From Nitrospirota bacterium (GTDB lineage: Bacteria; Nitrospirota; Thermodesulfovibrionia; Thermodesulfovibrionales; JdFR-88): 64,000 bases of DNA. This document shows positions 41,334-50,671 of the stretch, piece by piece. The stretch is taken from the NCBI GenBank assembly GCA_021825295.1, contig JAKAHV010000011.1, forward strand, positions 17,790-81,789, given 5' to 3'. Below the pieces are notes generated by a model that saw nothing but the letters and a program-made list of their open reading frames with translations, ran no database searches and was not told the origin of the DNA. The translations under genes and the position numbers were made by a program. Position 1 is the stretch's first letter. The number at the start of each line of letters is the position of its first letter.

Positions 41334-42752
41334 CTAGAGAACTTTTTCATAAGCATTATATAGTCTTTTGATGTAGTTTTCCATGTCAAAAAAACGGGCC
41401 CTCTTCAGTCCGGCCTCTGAGAATTTTTCCCGCGCCTCCGGGTTTGAAATGAGTTCCTCAACGGCGTTCTTCAGGGCGCGCACGTCGTAAGGGTCCGCGT
41501 AGAGAGCGGCGCTTCCGCATACCTCCGGCAGGGAGGCGACATTGGCTGTTATCACAGGGCAGCCATAAGACATGGCCTCAACCGGTGGCAGACCAAAGCC
41601 TTCGTAAAGGGATGGGTGGATGAGGCAGTATGCCCCGGCATAAAAATATGCAAGCTCCTTGCGTGAGATGTTGTCCAGCATCATGACATTTTTCATATTC
41701 TTGCTTCCGATCCCGTAGGTCCACAGCCGGCCTTTCCGCCCCACTATGACAAGCGGCATATATGTGCCCAGAAGGGCATATGCCTCCAGGAGGCGGCCGA
41801 TGTTCCTACTGGGCTCTATAGTGCCCACGCAAAGAAGATACCTGTCTTTTTTAAGCCAGTATTTGCTTAAAAAACCGGTCAACTCCGCCTCATTGGGGCG
41901 CGGCGCCGGATCGACCGGCTGATAGGTTACAAAGACCTTCTCCGGGTCGGCGTCGAAGATGGAAAGGATGTCCTTTTTGGTATGCTCGGAGACGGCGATT
42001 ACCAGCGCGGAATCCCTTATCGATCTCTTTACAAGCTTGTAATATGTCCTTTTGTCATCCGGGGTCGCATAGGGCAGCTTCAAGGGGATGACGTCGTGTA
42101 TCGTGGTGATCATCTTTGCCCCCCTTATCCTTACCGGCATCGGGCATGTGGCATGCCATACGGCTATCTTCTCCGGGACGGCTATTTTTGTTGCCCCGAG
42201 GCCCATCCTGAAGCGGGTATTGGCGATGGAATAACATTTGTGCAGCGCATACAGGCTTGTCGAATCTAGAAATTCATTCTCGAGCCCCCTGGTGACGACT
42301 GTGTGCGCCCTGCGGATTTCGCTTGCCCTGGGGAAGGTCCTCGTCAGCGCCACCGGGGCTTCCCTGACCAGACGAAGCGCGCGCTCCACGCGCTCCACCA
42401 CCGAAGTGAATGAAGACTCTATCTTCCCCAGTTCCAGCGCGATCTCCGTGAACCCGGCCGCCATCCCCGCCGCCATCCCCGCCAATCCGGACCTGTGCGT
42501 ATAGCCCGCAATCTTCCCGAGGGCGTCGGGCATCAATTTTATCCTGCCGCCGGCCTTGGAGGTTTCAAAGAAAAGCGCCTCCTCCAGGGCGGGAGTGGAC
42601 CGGACATTCTTTTTGCTGGAGAGCAAGCCGACGCCGGCCCCCATGGATTTCAGAGCGGCAAGCAGGCCCAGGCCGTACGCCTTTGCCCCGGAGCCCGCCG
42701 GCAGTTCCAGATTATAGCCGTCTACCAGTACCTTAATGCCCTTCAATTCCAT
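41334..42752 (-). CDS. Glycosyltransferase family 4 with an extended N-terminal domain
   Basis: EGFGLPPVEAMSYGCPVIT near the C-terminus. Confidence 0.8.
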   Translation of the reverse strand: MELKGIKVLVDGYNLELPAGSGAKAYGLGLLAALKSMGAGVGLLSSKKNVRSTPALEEALFFETSKAGGRIKLMPDALGKIAGYTHRSGLAGMAAGMAAGFTEIALELGKIESSFTSVVERVERALRLVREAPVALTRTFPRASEIRRAHTVVTRGLENEFLDSTSLYALHKCYSIANTRFRMGLGATKIAVPEKIAVWHATCPMPVRIRGAKMITTIHDVIPLKLPYATPDDKRTYYKLVKRSIRDSALVIAVSEHTKKDILSIFDADPEKVFVTYQPVDPAPRPNEAELTGFLSKYWLKKDRYLLCVGTIEPSRNIGRLLEAYALLGTYMPLVIVGRKGRLWTYGIGSKNMKNVMMLDNISRKELAYFYAGAYCLIHPSLYEGFGLPPVEAMSYGCPVITANVASLPEVCGSAALYADPYDVRALKNAVEELISNPEAREKFSEAGLKRARFFDMENYIKRLYNAYEKVL

Positions 42753-42763
42753 TTGTCCGCCCT

Positions 42764-43516
42764 CTATCTGTCTTTCCAGTAGGAAGAATATTCCCCGGTT
42801 ATGGTTCCGGGGTCCCCGATTGCCCTGACAACATGGTTTTCAAGCCACATCGCCCTGTCGCAAATCTGCTCCACCTGCTTCATCGAATGCGAAACAAATA
42901 CTATGGTAACGCCGCTTTTTTTAAAGGACATCATCTTTTCCAGGCATTTTTGCTGGAAGTTAAGGTCGCCCACGGCAAGTATCTCGTCAATCAGCAGTAT
43001 CTCCGGGTCGAGGCTGGTCACAACGGAAAATGCAAGCTTCGAGAGCATGCCGCTTGAATAGGTCCGGATCGGCTGGTCCACGAACTCGCCAAGCCCGGAG
43101 AATTCGATGATCTCATCCATCCTGTCGAGGACTTTTTTCCTGGTAAGCCCGAGAATTATGCCGTTTAACAGGATGTTTTCCCTGCCCGTCAGCTCGAAGC
43201 TGAAGCCCGCGCCCAGCTCCAGCAGGGGCGATATCCGCCCGCCTACCGCCACCTTTCCCCTTGTGGGCTTCAGCACCCCGGCGATGATGCCCAGTATCGT
43301 GCTCTTGCCGGCGCCGTTTTTCCCGATTATGCCGAATGTCTCCCCGCGCCTTATCTCGAAGGAGACGTCCTTGAGGGCGCAGTAACTGGAACTCCTCGCC
43401 TTCCTGATGTAGGAGGGCAGATGGAAGAGAAAATTCTTGATCCCCCCGGTGAAATGATAATGCAGCGTATAGCTCTTGCTTACGCCCTCGAATACGATCA
43501 GCGGGTTTCTACTCAC
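42764..43516 (-). CDS. wzt: Polysaccharide ABC exporter ATP-binding protein, short form (NBD only)
   Basis: Walker A GIIGKNGAGKSTIL, signature YSSGMLSKLAF, Walker B ILLIDEILAVGD. GTG 43516 overlaps the wzm stop (GTGA). There is no C-terminal carbohydrate-binding extension. Confidence 0.85.
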   Translation of the reverse strand: MSRNPLIVFEGVSKSYTLHYHFTGGIKNFLFHLPSYIRKARSSSYCALKDVSFEIRRGETFGIIGKNGAGKSTILGIIAGVLKPTRGKVAVGGRISPLLELGAGFSFELTGRENILLNGIILGLTRKKVLDRMDEIIEFSGLGEFVDQPIRTYSSGMLSKLAFSVVTSLDPEILLIDEILAVGDLNFQQKCLEKMMSFKKSGVTIVFVSHSMKQVEQICDRAMWLENHVVRAIGDPGTITGEYSSYWKDR

Positions 43517-44301
43517 AGCACCTCGGCAAACTTCCATGCGAGTTTGCTGTAGAAAAAATAACCCAGGCAGAAGAAAAGGATCCCATACCCCAGGGCCGCG
43601 CCCGCGTAGACCGGGTTTATAGAGCCGTTGAGAAACAGGTTGCGCCAGCTTATCATCAGCATGGCAAACGGATTCAGTTTCAACAGGACCCGGTATTTGT
43701 CAGGCACCATGGTCTCGGAATAGATCACGGGCGTGAAGTAAAAAAGCGCGGTGGTCAGGATGGTGGTCAGCCTCTCCAGGTCCCTGAAAAAAAGGTTCAG
43801 CGAGGCCAGGAAAAGCGCGATCCCGTAGGTCATCAGTATCTGTACGGACAGAAGGGCGGGCACGCCCCAGACCAGGGAAAGGCTTGGGACCCTGTGATAT
43901 ACGAACATGAAAAAAAGGATCACGGGAATGGAGAGCACAAAATGGACCGAATCGTGCAGCACCAGCGTCAGCGCCAGTATATGACGGGGGAAGTTCACTT
44001 TTTTGATCAGCGTGGAATTCATGAGAAATACCATCGGGGAGGCATTGATGGAGTTGGTAAAGTTCTGCCATGGGAAAAGCCCGGCTATGAGGAAAAGCAC
44101 ATAATCCTTCATGTGGATTTTCATGACTACTTGAAAAGCCACAAAAAAAACGAATGCGAACGCCAGCGGATTCAAAACGGACCACAGATAGCCCAGGAAG
44201 CTGTTTTTATAGCGGACTTTCATCTCCTTCTGGGTAAGGATTATCGCGAGGTCCTTGAAATAACCGAGGTTTCGAGATTTTACTTTTTTTTTATTTGTCA
44301 T
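43513..44301 (-). CDS. wzm: ABC-2-type polysaccharide exporter permease
   Basis: 262 aa with six hydrophobic segments. N-terminal KEMKVRYKNSFLGYLWSVLNPL is typical of ABC-2 permeases. Confidence 0.85.
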   Translation of the reverse strand: MTNKKKVKSRNLGYFKDLAIILTQKEMKVRYKNSFLGYLWSVLNPLAFAFVFFVAFQVVMKIHMKDYVLFLIAGLFPWQNFTNSINASPMVFLMNSTLIKKVNFPRHILALTLVLHDSVHFVLSIPVILFFMFVYHRVPSLSLVWGVPALLSVQILMTYGIALFLASLNLFFRDLERLTTILTTALFYFTPVIYSETMVPDKYRVLLKLNPFAMLMISWRNLFLNGSINPVYAGAALGYGILFFCLGYFFYSKLAWKFAEVL

Positions 44302-44433
44302 ATCCTGCCGAAAAGAAAAACCGCTACCCGGCCTTTTTTTGAATTTTCAAGCCGCGGGCGGGTTTCCTGCGTCCCACAGGCCGGCAAATCCATTATCAAA
44401 CCTGCCTAGTTAATCAAAAGTGAAGCCAGTTTG

Positions 44434-45537
44434 TCAACGTCCCTCCAGAAATTCATCGGCAACTTTCCTGAATTCCCTTCTGAACCGCCCGGCGCCGAAT
44501 CGCTCCGCGTTTGCCCTTATGTCCCTGTAGCTGAACCTGTCCCCGGTTTTCTCAAACTCCCGGACCGCCTGCTTCAGCGATTCCACCGACTGCTCGTTAA
44601 AAAAAATCCCCGTCCTGCCCTCCAGCACGGACTCCCTGACCCCGCCCCTGCCGAATGCGATTACGGGCGTGCCGCACGCCTGCGCCTCCACCGGCAGGAT
44701 ACCAAAATCCTCCTCCGCCGCGATCACAAACGCGCGGGCCCTTTGGAGGTAATCCCTGAGGGCGCCCGTCTCCTGGTATCCCAGAAGCTCCACGTTTTTT
44801 CCCGCCCTGTCTCTGACCTTCCCGAAATCCGGACCGTCTCCTATGACAACGAGCCTCCTGCCCAGCTCCGAGAACGCCTGCGCTATAAGGTCCATCTTCT
44901 TGTAAGGGACCATCCTCGATGCGGCCAGGAAAAAATCCTCTTTCTTTTCGCGTAATGTGAATTCCTCGACATCCACCGGCGGATAGACGACGATGCTTTC
45001 CCTTCCGTAGGCCCTCTTTATCCTGCCGGCGATGTAGCGTGAATTTGCCACGAACAGGCCGACCCGGCAGGCGGTCTTCCTGTCCCAGTTTTTTATGTAA
45101 TCCAGGACCAGATTCGCGGCCAATTTCCTGAATCCCCTGTCCAGGCCGCTTTCCTCCAGGTACTGCCCCCGCAGGTCCCACGCGTAGCGGACGGGGGAGT
45201 GGCAGTAGCATATGTGCGCCTGTCCCTTGCGGGTCAATGCCCCCTTGGCCACCGCATGGGAGCTGGAGATAACGAGGTCATAGCCGGACAAATCGAGACT
45301 CTCCACGGCCCGCGGCATCAGCGGAAGCATCATCCTGTATTTCGTCCGCGCAAAGGGGAATTTTTGCAGGAAAGAGGTCTTTGCCCTTTTGCCAAGCAGG
45401 TGGCGGCGGTGCCTCTCCGGGAAAAAATCGATCAGGCTGAAAAGATCGGCCTCCGGGTAAAGAAGCAGGATTTGTCCCAGCACCCTCTCGGAGCCCGCGT
45501 ATGTGACCAGCCAGTCGTGTACAACGGCCACCTTCAA
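44434..45537 (-). CDS. Glycosyltransferase family 4
   Basis: MKVAVVHDWLVTYAGSERV and EDFGILPVEAQACGTPVIA. Confidence 0.85.
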   Translation of the reverse strand: MKVAVVHDWLVTYAGSERVLGQILLLYPEADLFSLIDFFPERHRRHLLGKRAKTSFLQKFPFARTKYRMMLPLMPRAVESLDLSGYDLVISSSHAVAKGALTRKGQAHICYCHSPVRYAWDLRGQYLEESGLDRGFRKLAANLVLDYIKNWDRKTACRVGLFVANSRYIAGRIKRAYGRESIVVYPPVDVEEFTLREKKEDFFLAASRMVPYKKMDLIAQAFSELGRRLVVIGDGPDFGKVRDRAGKNVELLGYQETGALRDYLQRARAFVIAAEEDFGILPVEAQACGTPVIAFGRGGVRESVLEGRTGIFFNEQSVESLKQAVREFEKTGDRFSYRDIRANAERFGAGRFRREFRKVADEFLEGR

Positions 45538-45555
45538 TTTACAAAACCCTTCCCA

Positions 45556-47004
45556 TCAGCCCGCGCCCTGCCCCGACAAGACCACCCTCACCGTCTTGAA
45601 GAGGATCACCATATCCAGCCATATGTTCCAGTTTCTCACGTACCATATGTCCAGCAGGATGCGGCTTTCATAGCTGGTGTCATTCCTGCCGCTTACCTGC
45701 CACAGGCCGGTAATCCCCGGCAGAACGCTGAAGCACAGCTCCGAATTTTTTTTGTAATAGACGTCTATCTCTTCCTGCGTAACCGGACGCGGCCCCACGA
45801 AACTCATCTCCCCCTTAAGGACATTAAAAATCTGGGGCAGCTCATCGAGCGACGTCTCGCGGAGGAATTTGCCAAGTCTGGTGGTCCTGGGGTCTTTCCT
45901 GAGCTTCCTGTATTTCTCCCACTCCTGCCTTATCGCGGCGTCGCCGGCAAGCAGGCGGTCAAGTCTTTTCCCGGCGTCCGCGTACATGGTCCTGAATTTG
46001 TAGCACATGAACGGCTTGCAGTTTTTGCCGGCCCGCACCTGCCTGAAAACAGCAGGGCCCCGCGAGGTCAGCTTTATCAGGACCGCTATGACCAGGAAAG
46101 GCGCCAGAAGGACGGCCAGGAGGATTATCCCGATGACAAAATCAAAAAACCTTTTCGTGATGTAGTTGACCGGCCTGGCGAGGTTGTTTTTTATCTCGAT
46201 GACAAGGGCCTGCTGGTTGAAGAAATGCCTGATCTCTGTGCCCAGCACCGCCACGCCCGAAATGTCCGGCATGTAGAGCGTATTTTCCGCCCTGTGCTGG
46301 ACCCTGTTTATGATGCCGGAGAGCCTTTCTTTTTCGAGGCCCGGCTCGGCTATCATCACGTCATGGATCCCGCATCTTTCGATGTACCGGTCGGCCTTGT
46401 CCATGAAGCCGTGAACCTTCATCCCGTCTATGGCCGCCCGGCCGCATGCGCCGTCGCCAATGAACCCGGCGACGTCGTAGCCCAGGTTTTTTTCCATCCG
46501 CACCGTGCCGGCGGCCTTCAAGGCCGCCTCGCCGGAACCCAGTATCAGCAGCTTCCTTCTCAAAAACCCCATCCGGTATATGGCCCGTTTCATGGCCGGC
46601 CTCATCAGGGGGAAAAATAACAGCGACAGCAGGCAGATGGACAGCAGAAAAGCCCTCGAAAATTCCACCCCCTCCTTGCCGATGAAGAGAAATGTGAATA
46701 CGGCCACAAACACGATGAAATCGGCCTTCCAGAGGGCCCTTACCTCGTCCCAGAAGGTGAACCTCTTCGTGTATGCGCCGTTGTAGGCGAGCACCGCGAG
46801 CCACACGGGGAAGAGCCAGAAATACCTGTCCGGCTCGAATTTATAAAACGGCATTGAATGAAAAATGGCCGGCAAGAGGTAAATCCTGGCGGCCACGGAA
46901 GAGTATACAACGGCCAGAAGTATGAGCAGGTCCGCGCAGACAAGCAGGAAAATGCCGGCTGCGGTCCTCATCCTGGATTCAAATTTTCTCACCCCGTTTG
47001 CCAC
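45556..47004 (-). CDS. Polyprenyl-phosphate phosphoglycosyl transferase (WbaP/bacterial sugar transferase family), initiating enzyme
   Basis: N-terminal TM bundle. C-terminal LDELPQIFNVLKGEMSFVGPRP and PGITGLWQVSGRND. Confidence 0.85.
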   Translation of the reverse strand: MANGVRKFESRMRTAAGIFLLVCADLLILLAVVYSSVAARIYLLPAIFHSMPFYKFEPDRYFWLFPVWLAVLAYNGAYTKRFTFWDEVRALWKADFIVFVAVFTFLFIGKEGVEFSRAFLLSICLLSLLFFPLMRPAMKRAIYRMGFLRRKLLILGSGEAALKAAGTVRMEKNLGYDVAGFIGDGACGRAAIDGMKVHGFMDKADRYIERCGIHDVMIAEPGLEKERLSGIINRVQHRAENTLYMPDISGVAVLGTEIRHFFNQQALVIEIKNNLARPVNYITKRFFDFVIGIILLAVLLAPFLVIAVLIKLTSRGPAVFRQVRAGKNCKPFMCYKFRTMYADAGKRLDRLLAGDAAIRQEWEKYRKLRKDPRTTRLGKFLRETSLDELPQIFNVLKGEMSFVGPRPVTQEEIDVYYKKNSELCFSVLPGITGLWQVSGRNDTSYESRILLDIWYVRNWNIWLDMVILFKTVRVVLSGQGAG

Positions 47005-47081
47005 GCAAGACGACCTCCAGACAAACTTTTCCTTTCAAAGGCACCCCCCCCGGAGGTCACTTGCCTTGAAAAACTGTCCGT

Positions 47082-47096
47082 TGGGCATGCTTTTGC
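47082..47096 (+). promoter_or_regulatory. Weak sigma-54-like element TGGGCATGCTTTTGC
   Basis: GG (47083-84) and GC (47095-96) are spaced 10 nt apart with TTGC at -12. The -24 half is imperfect. It lies ~170 nt upstream of the ligase-like gene. Confidence 0.2.
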
Positions 47097-47265
47097 CACT
47101 CCCGGTTAAAAGGGAAACTACTTGAAATTATAAGATAAACCAACTTTCAAATTCAATCGGAAGCTCGCCCTCTCCCTGCAATGATCCGCTGCCCGTTTAC
47201 AATTCTTTACGAACCTTTACAAACACGGGGTTATTTTTCCGATAATATAGAACGGAGGTAGCCCA

Positions 47266-48489
47266 TTGCCGCCAATTCAGACACAGCAAACGCTGCCGCA
47301 TCCACCGCCTGGAAAAGACGGGACAGCGGGAGCCGGGAAACTGATTTTTTATGGCGTCTGCGCGGTCTTTTTTTTCCTGCCGGTTTCAATAAGCCCGGCG
47401 TCCATTGCCGAAGGGCTTGTCCTGGCCGTATGGGTGATCTCCGGCAGGTTTGCCAGCGACCTGGCGTTGATCCGGCAAAAAAGGAGCTGGCCCGTCCTCG
47501 TGATGATGGCGCTGCCATGGGCCGGCCTCCTGTATTCCGGCGATACTGCCACCGGGCTGAAATTCGCCGAGAAGACGCACTACTGGTTATTTTCGTTCCT
47601 TGTGGCCGGCCTCGTCCTGTCCGGCTTCGATACCGCTTGGTTTCTGAAATTATTCATAGCCGGGGTCTCGCTCACTTCCGTCTGGTTCCTGGGCCAGCTT
47701 GCGGGGATAATCTACCGTCCGAACAAATATGCGGCCGGCATATTCGGCACCTGGGCCCATATAGAGCTCTCATTGCTTACCACCTTCAGCATCGTCCTTC
47801 TGTCTTACTTTTTTGCGAAGACCGGAAAAAGGAAACAGAAGGTGCTTTGCCTCGGTCTAATCCTGATACAGTTCACATCGCTGGCGCTTCTTCAGACTGA
47901 CAGCGGGCATCTTGCCTTTATTCTGCTTTCGCCCGTCATCGCCTATAACCTCCTTGGGAGGAAAAGGAAAAAACTGAAATGGGCATTTGCGGCCGCCGCC
48001 CTGATGGTCTGCGTAATGTTTCTGTCGCCCGTCGTGCAAAGCAGGCTGAGGGAGGTGATAAACGAGACCAATGGTTACAGAAACGGGCGGATACTGACCC
48101 CGCTTGGATTTCATTATTACCTCTGGGATGGGGCCGCGAAGATATTCTTCAGCCACCCCGTCATCGGCGCCGGCACCGGCGGTTATGCCTATATCATGAA
48201 CGGCATAAAAAAGGCCGGCATGCCGGACGTCTGCCAGCCTCAAAATACGCTGCTGTACATGGCGGCCAGTTACGGAATCGCCGGAGTCATCATGCTCGCC
48301 TTTCTGTGGGCCGTGCCCATCGGCGCCGCCTGGAAAAAGCGGGGCTCCCTGGAGGGTTTTGCGATACTGGTCTTCATGGCCGTCCTCACCGTGGGGTCAA
48401 TCACCGACACCCAGATAATGAGCCATCAATCGGGGATGCTGTTTGCTATGTTCTACGGGGCCGCCCTGGCATCCGGCGCAAACCGCTAG
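47266..48489 (+). CDS. O-antigen ligase/polymerase-family (Wzy_C) membrane protein
   Basis: Polytopic, with GAGTGGYAY and PQNTLLYMAASYGIAGVIML resembling the Wzy_C loop/helix. The TTG start is uncertain. Confidence 0.7.
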   Translation: MPPIQTQQTLPHPPPGKDGTAGAGKLIFYGVCAVFFFLPVSISPASIAEGLVLAVWVISGRFASDLALIRQKRSWPVLVMMALPWAGLLYSGDTATGLKFAEKTHYWLFSFLVAGLVLSGFDTAWFLKLFIAGVSLTSVWFLGQLAGIIYRPNKYAAGIFGTWAHIELSLLTTFSIVLLSYFFAKTGKRKQKVLCLGLILIQFTSLALLQTDSGHLAFILLSPVIAYNLLGRKRKKLKWAFAAAALMVCVMFLSPVVQSRLREVINETNGYRNGRILTPLGFHYYLWDGAAKIFFSHPVIGAGTGGYAYIMNGIKKAGMPDVCQPQNTLLYMAASYGIAGVIMLAFLWAVPIGAAWKKRGSLEGFAILVFMAVLTVGSITDTQIMSHQSGMLFAMFYGAALASGANR

Positions 48490-49508
48490 GAGGAACGGTC
48501 GGGCAGGATTACGACTTTCAGCGATTCCGCCGCCCCGGCCACAAGCGAAAACCCCTTCCGGATATCCGAAAGCGGGAGCCTGTGCGTGATCATCTCCCTG
48601 GCATTGACCTTGCCTTTTTCAATGAGCGCCATGGCCTCACGCAGGTCGTCAGGCGCCGCCCCGTAGGAGAAGGCGGACGTTATCTCGTCCCTCCAGAACC
48701 TGGCCGAGGGCAGGCAGATATCGCCCGCCGGAACCGCGAAAAAGAGGATTTTCCCTTTCCTGTCAACCGATTGGACGGCGTGGCCGATCGCCTGTCCGGC
48801 CCCGGCGCAGACTATGACCCGGGAGGCCAGCCTGCCGTTATTCACCTTCCTTAGCGCGTCCACGGAATACCCGTCCGCGTGAAACACATGTTCCGCCCCG
48901 AATTCGAGGGCTTTCCCCAGGCGGTAGGGGCTGATGTCCGTTGCGGCCACAAGAGCGCCTTTCAATCCGGCCATCTGGATATGCAGCAGACCGGAGACCC
49001 CCGAGCCTGTTACAAGGACTGCGTCTCCCGGGCCGATTTCAAGCTGACGCTGGCCGGCAATGACGCACGCAAGCGGCTCTATCAGCGCCGCCTCTTCATA
49101 GCTCATCCCTTCAGGCAGTAAAAACGTACCGTATTTCACGTTCATCCCCGGCACGCGGATGTACTCCGAAAATCCCCCGGGTTCGTAATTGCCCGTATGG
49201 AGCGCCTCGCATGCCGTGAAATCCCCCTTCAGGCAGTGATGGCACTCGTAGCAGGGGACATGGTGGGAGACGAAGACCCGGTCGCCTTTTTTGAAATCCG
49301 TCACGCGGCTGCCGGCTTCGACCACCTCGCCGGCCATCTCGTGCCCCAGCACCCGCGGGGCCTTCTTCTGCCTGTACCACTGCATGACGTCGGTGCCGCA
49401 GATGCCGGAGGCCATCATCTTCACCAGTATCTCGTCTTCGGATATGCGGGGGACCGGCCGCTCCTCTATCCTCAGATCGGTGTTGCTGTAATATACCGCT
49501 ACCTTCAT
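48486..49508 (-). CDS. Zinc-dependent medium-chain alcohol/polyol dehydrogenase
   Basis: ASGICGTDV, GHEMAGEVVEAG, the structural-zinc CYECHHCLKGDFTAC and VLVTGSGVSG. I chose ATG 49508; the longer ORF reads through the hairpin repeat. Confidence 0.85.
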   Translation of the reverse strand: MKVAVYYSNTDLRIEERPVPRISEDEILVKMMASGICGTDVMQWYRQKKAPRVLGHEMAGEVVEAGSRVTDFKKGDRVFVSHHVPCYECHHCLKGDFTACEALHTGNYEPGGFSEYIRVPGMNVKYGTFLLPEGMSYEEAALIEPLACVIAGQRQLEIGPGDAVLVTGSGVSGLLHIQMAGLKGALVAATDISPYRLGKALEFGAEHVFHADGYSVDALRKVNNGRLASRVIVCAGAGQAIGHAVQSVDRKGKILFFAVPAGDICLPSARFWRDEITSAFSYGAAPDDLREAMALIEKGKVNAREMITHRLPLSDIRKGFSLVAGAAESLKVVILPDRSS

Positions 49509-49528
49509 AGCCCGCTTATTGTGAAAAT

Positions 49529-49577
49529 CCCCTCTCCCAACCCTCTCCCAACCCTCTCCCTGCAAGGGAGAGGGTTT
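49529..49577. repeat. CCCTCTCCC/GGGAGAGGG hairpin repeat, copy 3 (three tandem CCCTCTCCCAA units)
   Basis: CCCCTCTCCCAACCCTCTCCCAACCCTCTCCC-TGCAA-GGGAGAGGGTT, lying between the aldolase stop and the ADH start. Confidence 0.75.
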
Positions 49578-49580
49578 CAC

Positions 49581-50396
49581 TTATACCTTTTCCATGCGGG
49601 CGTCGGCGGCTTCCGCAGCCTGCTTCCTGCCCTTTTGGTACATATCGAACGCCTCCGCTGCCGTGGCGCCTTTATGGACGATGGCCCTCACCGCCTTTAT
49701 CATGCCTGCCGGGCTGTCGCTCTGGAATATGTTTCTTCCCATATCAACCCCCCTGGCCCCGGCCCTTATGGCGTTTTCGGTCATCTGAAGGGCCTCCATC
49801 TCCGGCAGTTTCTTGCCGCCTGCGATGACTATGGGCACCGGGCAGCCCTCCACCACCTTGTGGAAATCGTCACAGTAATAGGTCTTGACGAATTGCGCCC
49901 CGATCTCGGCGGCGATCCTGCAGGCAAGCCCGATATATCGTGTGTCCCTTCCCATTTCCCTGCCGACCGCCGTAATGGCCAGAACGGGCATGCCGTATCT
50001 CTGGGCCTCGTTGACCAGCCTGCCCAGGTTGGAGATGGTCCTGTCCTCATTCTTCGCCCCGACGAATATCGACATCCCCACGCCCGATGCGTTGAGCCTT
50101 ATGGCCTCCTCCATGGACGTGATGATGTCCTCGTTGGAGAGCTCGCCCAGGATGCTCGGCCCGCCGGAGACCCTGAGGCAGAAGGCCGTATTGGTCCGGG
50201 GGTCGATGGAGTTCCTCATCGTCCCCCTTGTAACAAACAGGCAATCTGCCTGGGGGATAAGCGGGATTATGTTTTTCATGTCCCTAAGCCCCGTCGTCGG
50301 GCCCTGGAAGTAACCGTGGTCCACGGCGAGCATCACGGTGCGCCCGGACCTCGGGTTGAATATCCTCGACAGCCTGTTTTCCAGTCCGAAATCCAT
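49581..50396 (-). CDS. Class I aldolase of the DhnA/FbaB/LsrF (DeoC-LacD superfamily) type
   Basis: RTVMLAVDHGYFQGP and GAQFVKTYY. ATG 50396 is preceded by AAGGAG; the annotated longer ORF is unlikely. Confidence 0.7.
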   Translation of the reverse strand: MDFGLENRLSRIFNPRSGRTVMLAVDHGYFQGPTTGLRDMKNIIPLIPQADCLFVTRGTMRNSIDPRTNTAFCLRVSGGPSILGELSNEDIITSMEEAIRLNASGVGMSIFVGAKNEDRTISNLGRLVNEAQRYGMPVLAITAVGREMGRDTRYIGLACRIAAEIGAQFVKTYYCDDFHKVVEGCPVPIVIAGGKKLPEMEALQMTENAIRAGARGVDMGRNIFQSDSPAGMIKAVRAIVHKGATAAEAFDMYQKGRKQAAEAADARMEKV

Positions 50397-50671
50397 AGCG
50401 GAATTTTTTCTCCTTTGCAGTTTAGACCAAGTATATGAAAAGTGGCAAAATCTGTCAATTTTTCCGGGACTGGGACTGGCGAATGCCTGAGACGCCCTCT
50501 GGAACCTTAACCTCCGGTCCTTGAGCTTGAATGCCAATTCTGAATGACAAGAATCATAAAAAGATGGTTAGTAATTATTTTGAAATTGCAAATATTATCT
50601 TGACAAGCAGATCATTTTGAAGGATTTTAATAACTAAAGCAGTTTTTTTTTAAATATTAAAGAGGTGAAAA

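Noticed and set aside
49509-49580. N-terminal extensions reading through hairpin repeats: ADH 49509-49580, hypothetical 15767-15787, HdrD-like 10869-10901. Also the aldolase extension 50397-50537.
   Set aside because: The extensions translate the CCCTCTCCC repeat or unstructured leader sequence. Internal ATGs with good Shine-Dalgarno sequences give N-termini matching the family norms.
50600-50634. A sigma-70 promoter for the propeller lipoprotein gene based on TTGACA at 50600-50605.
   Set aside because: The nearest A/T-rich -10 candidates (TTTAAT/TAATAA) are 20-22 nt away, which is outside the workable spacer range. I left it uncalled.
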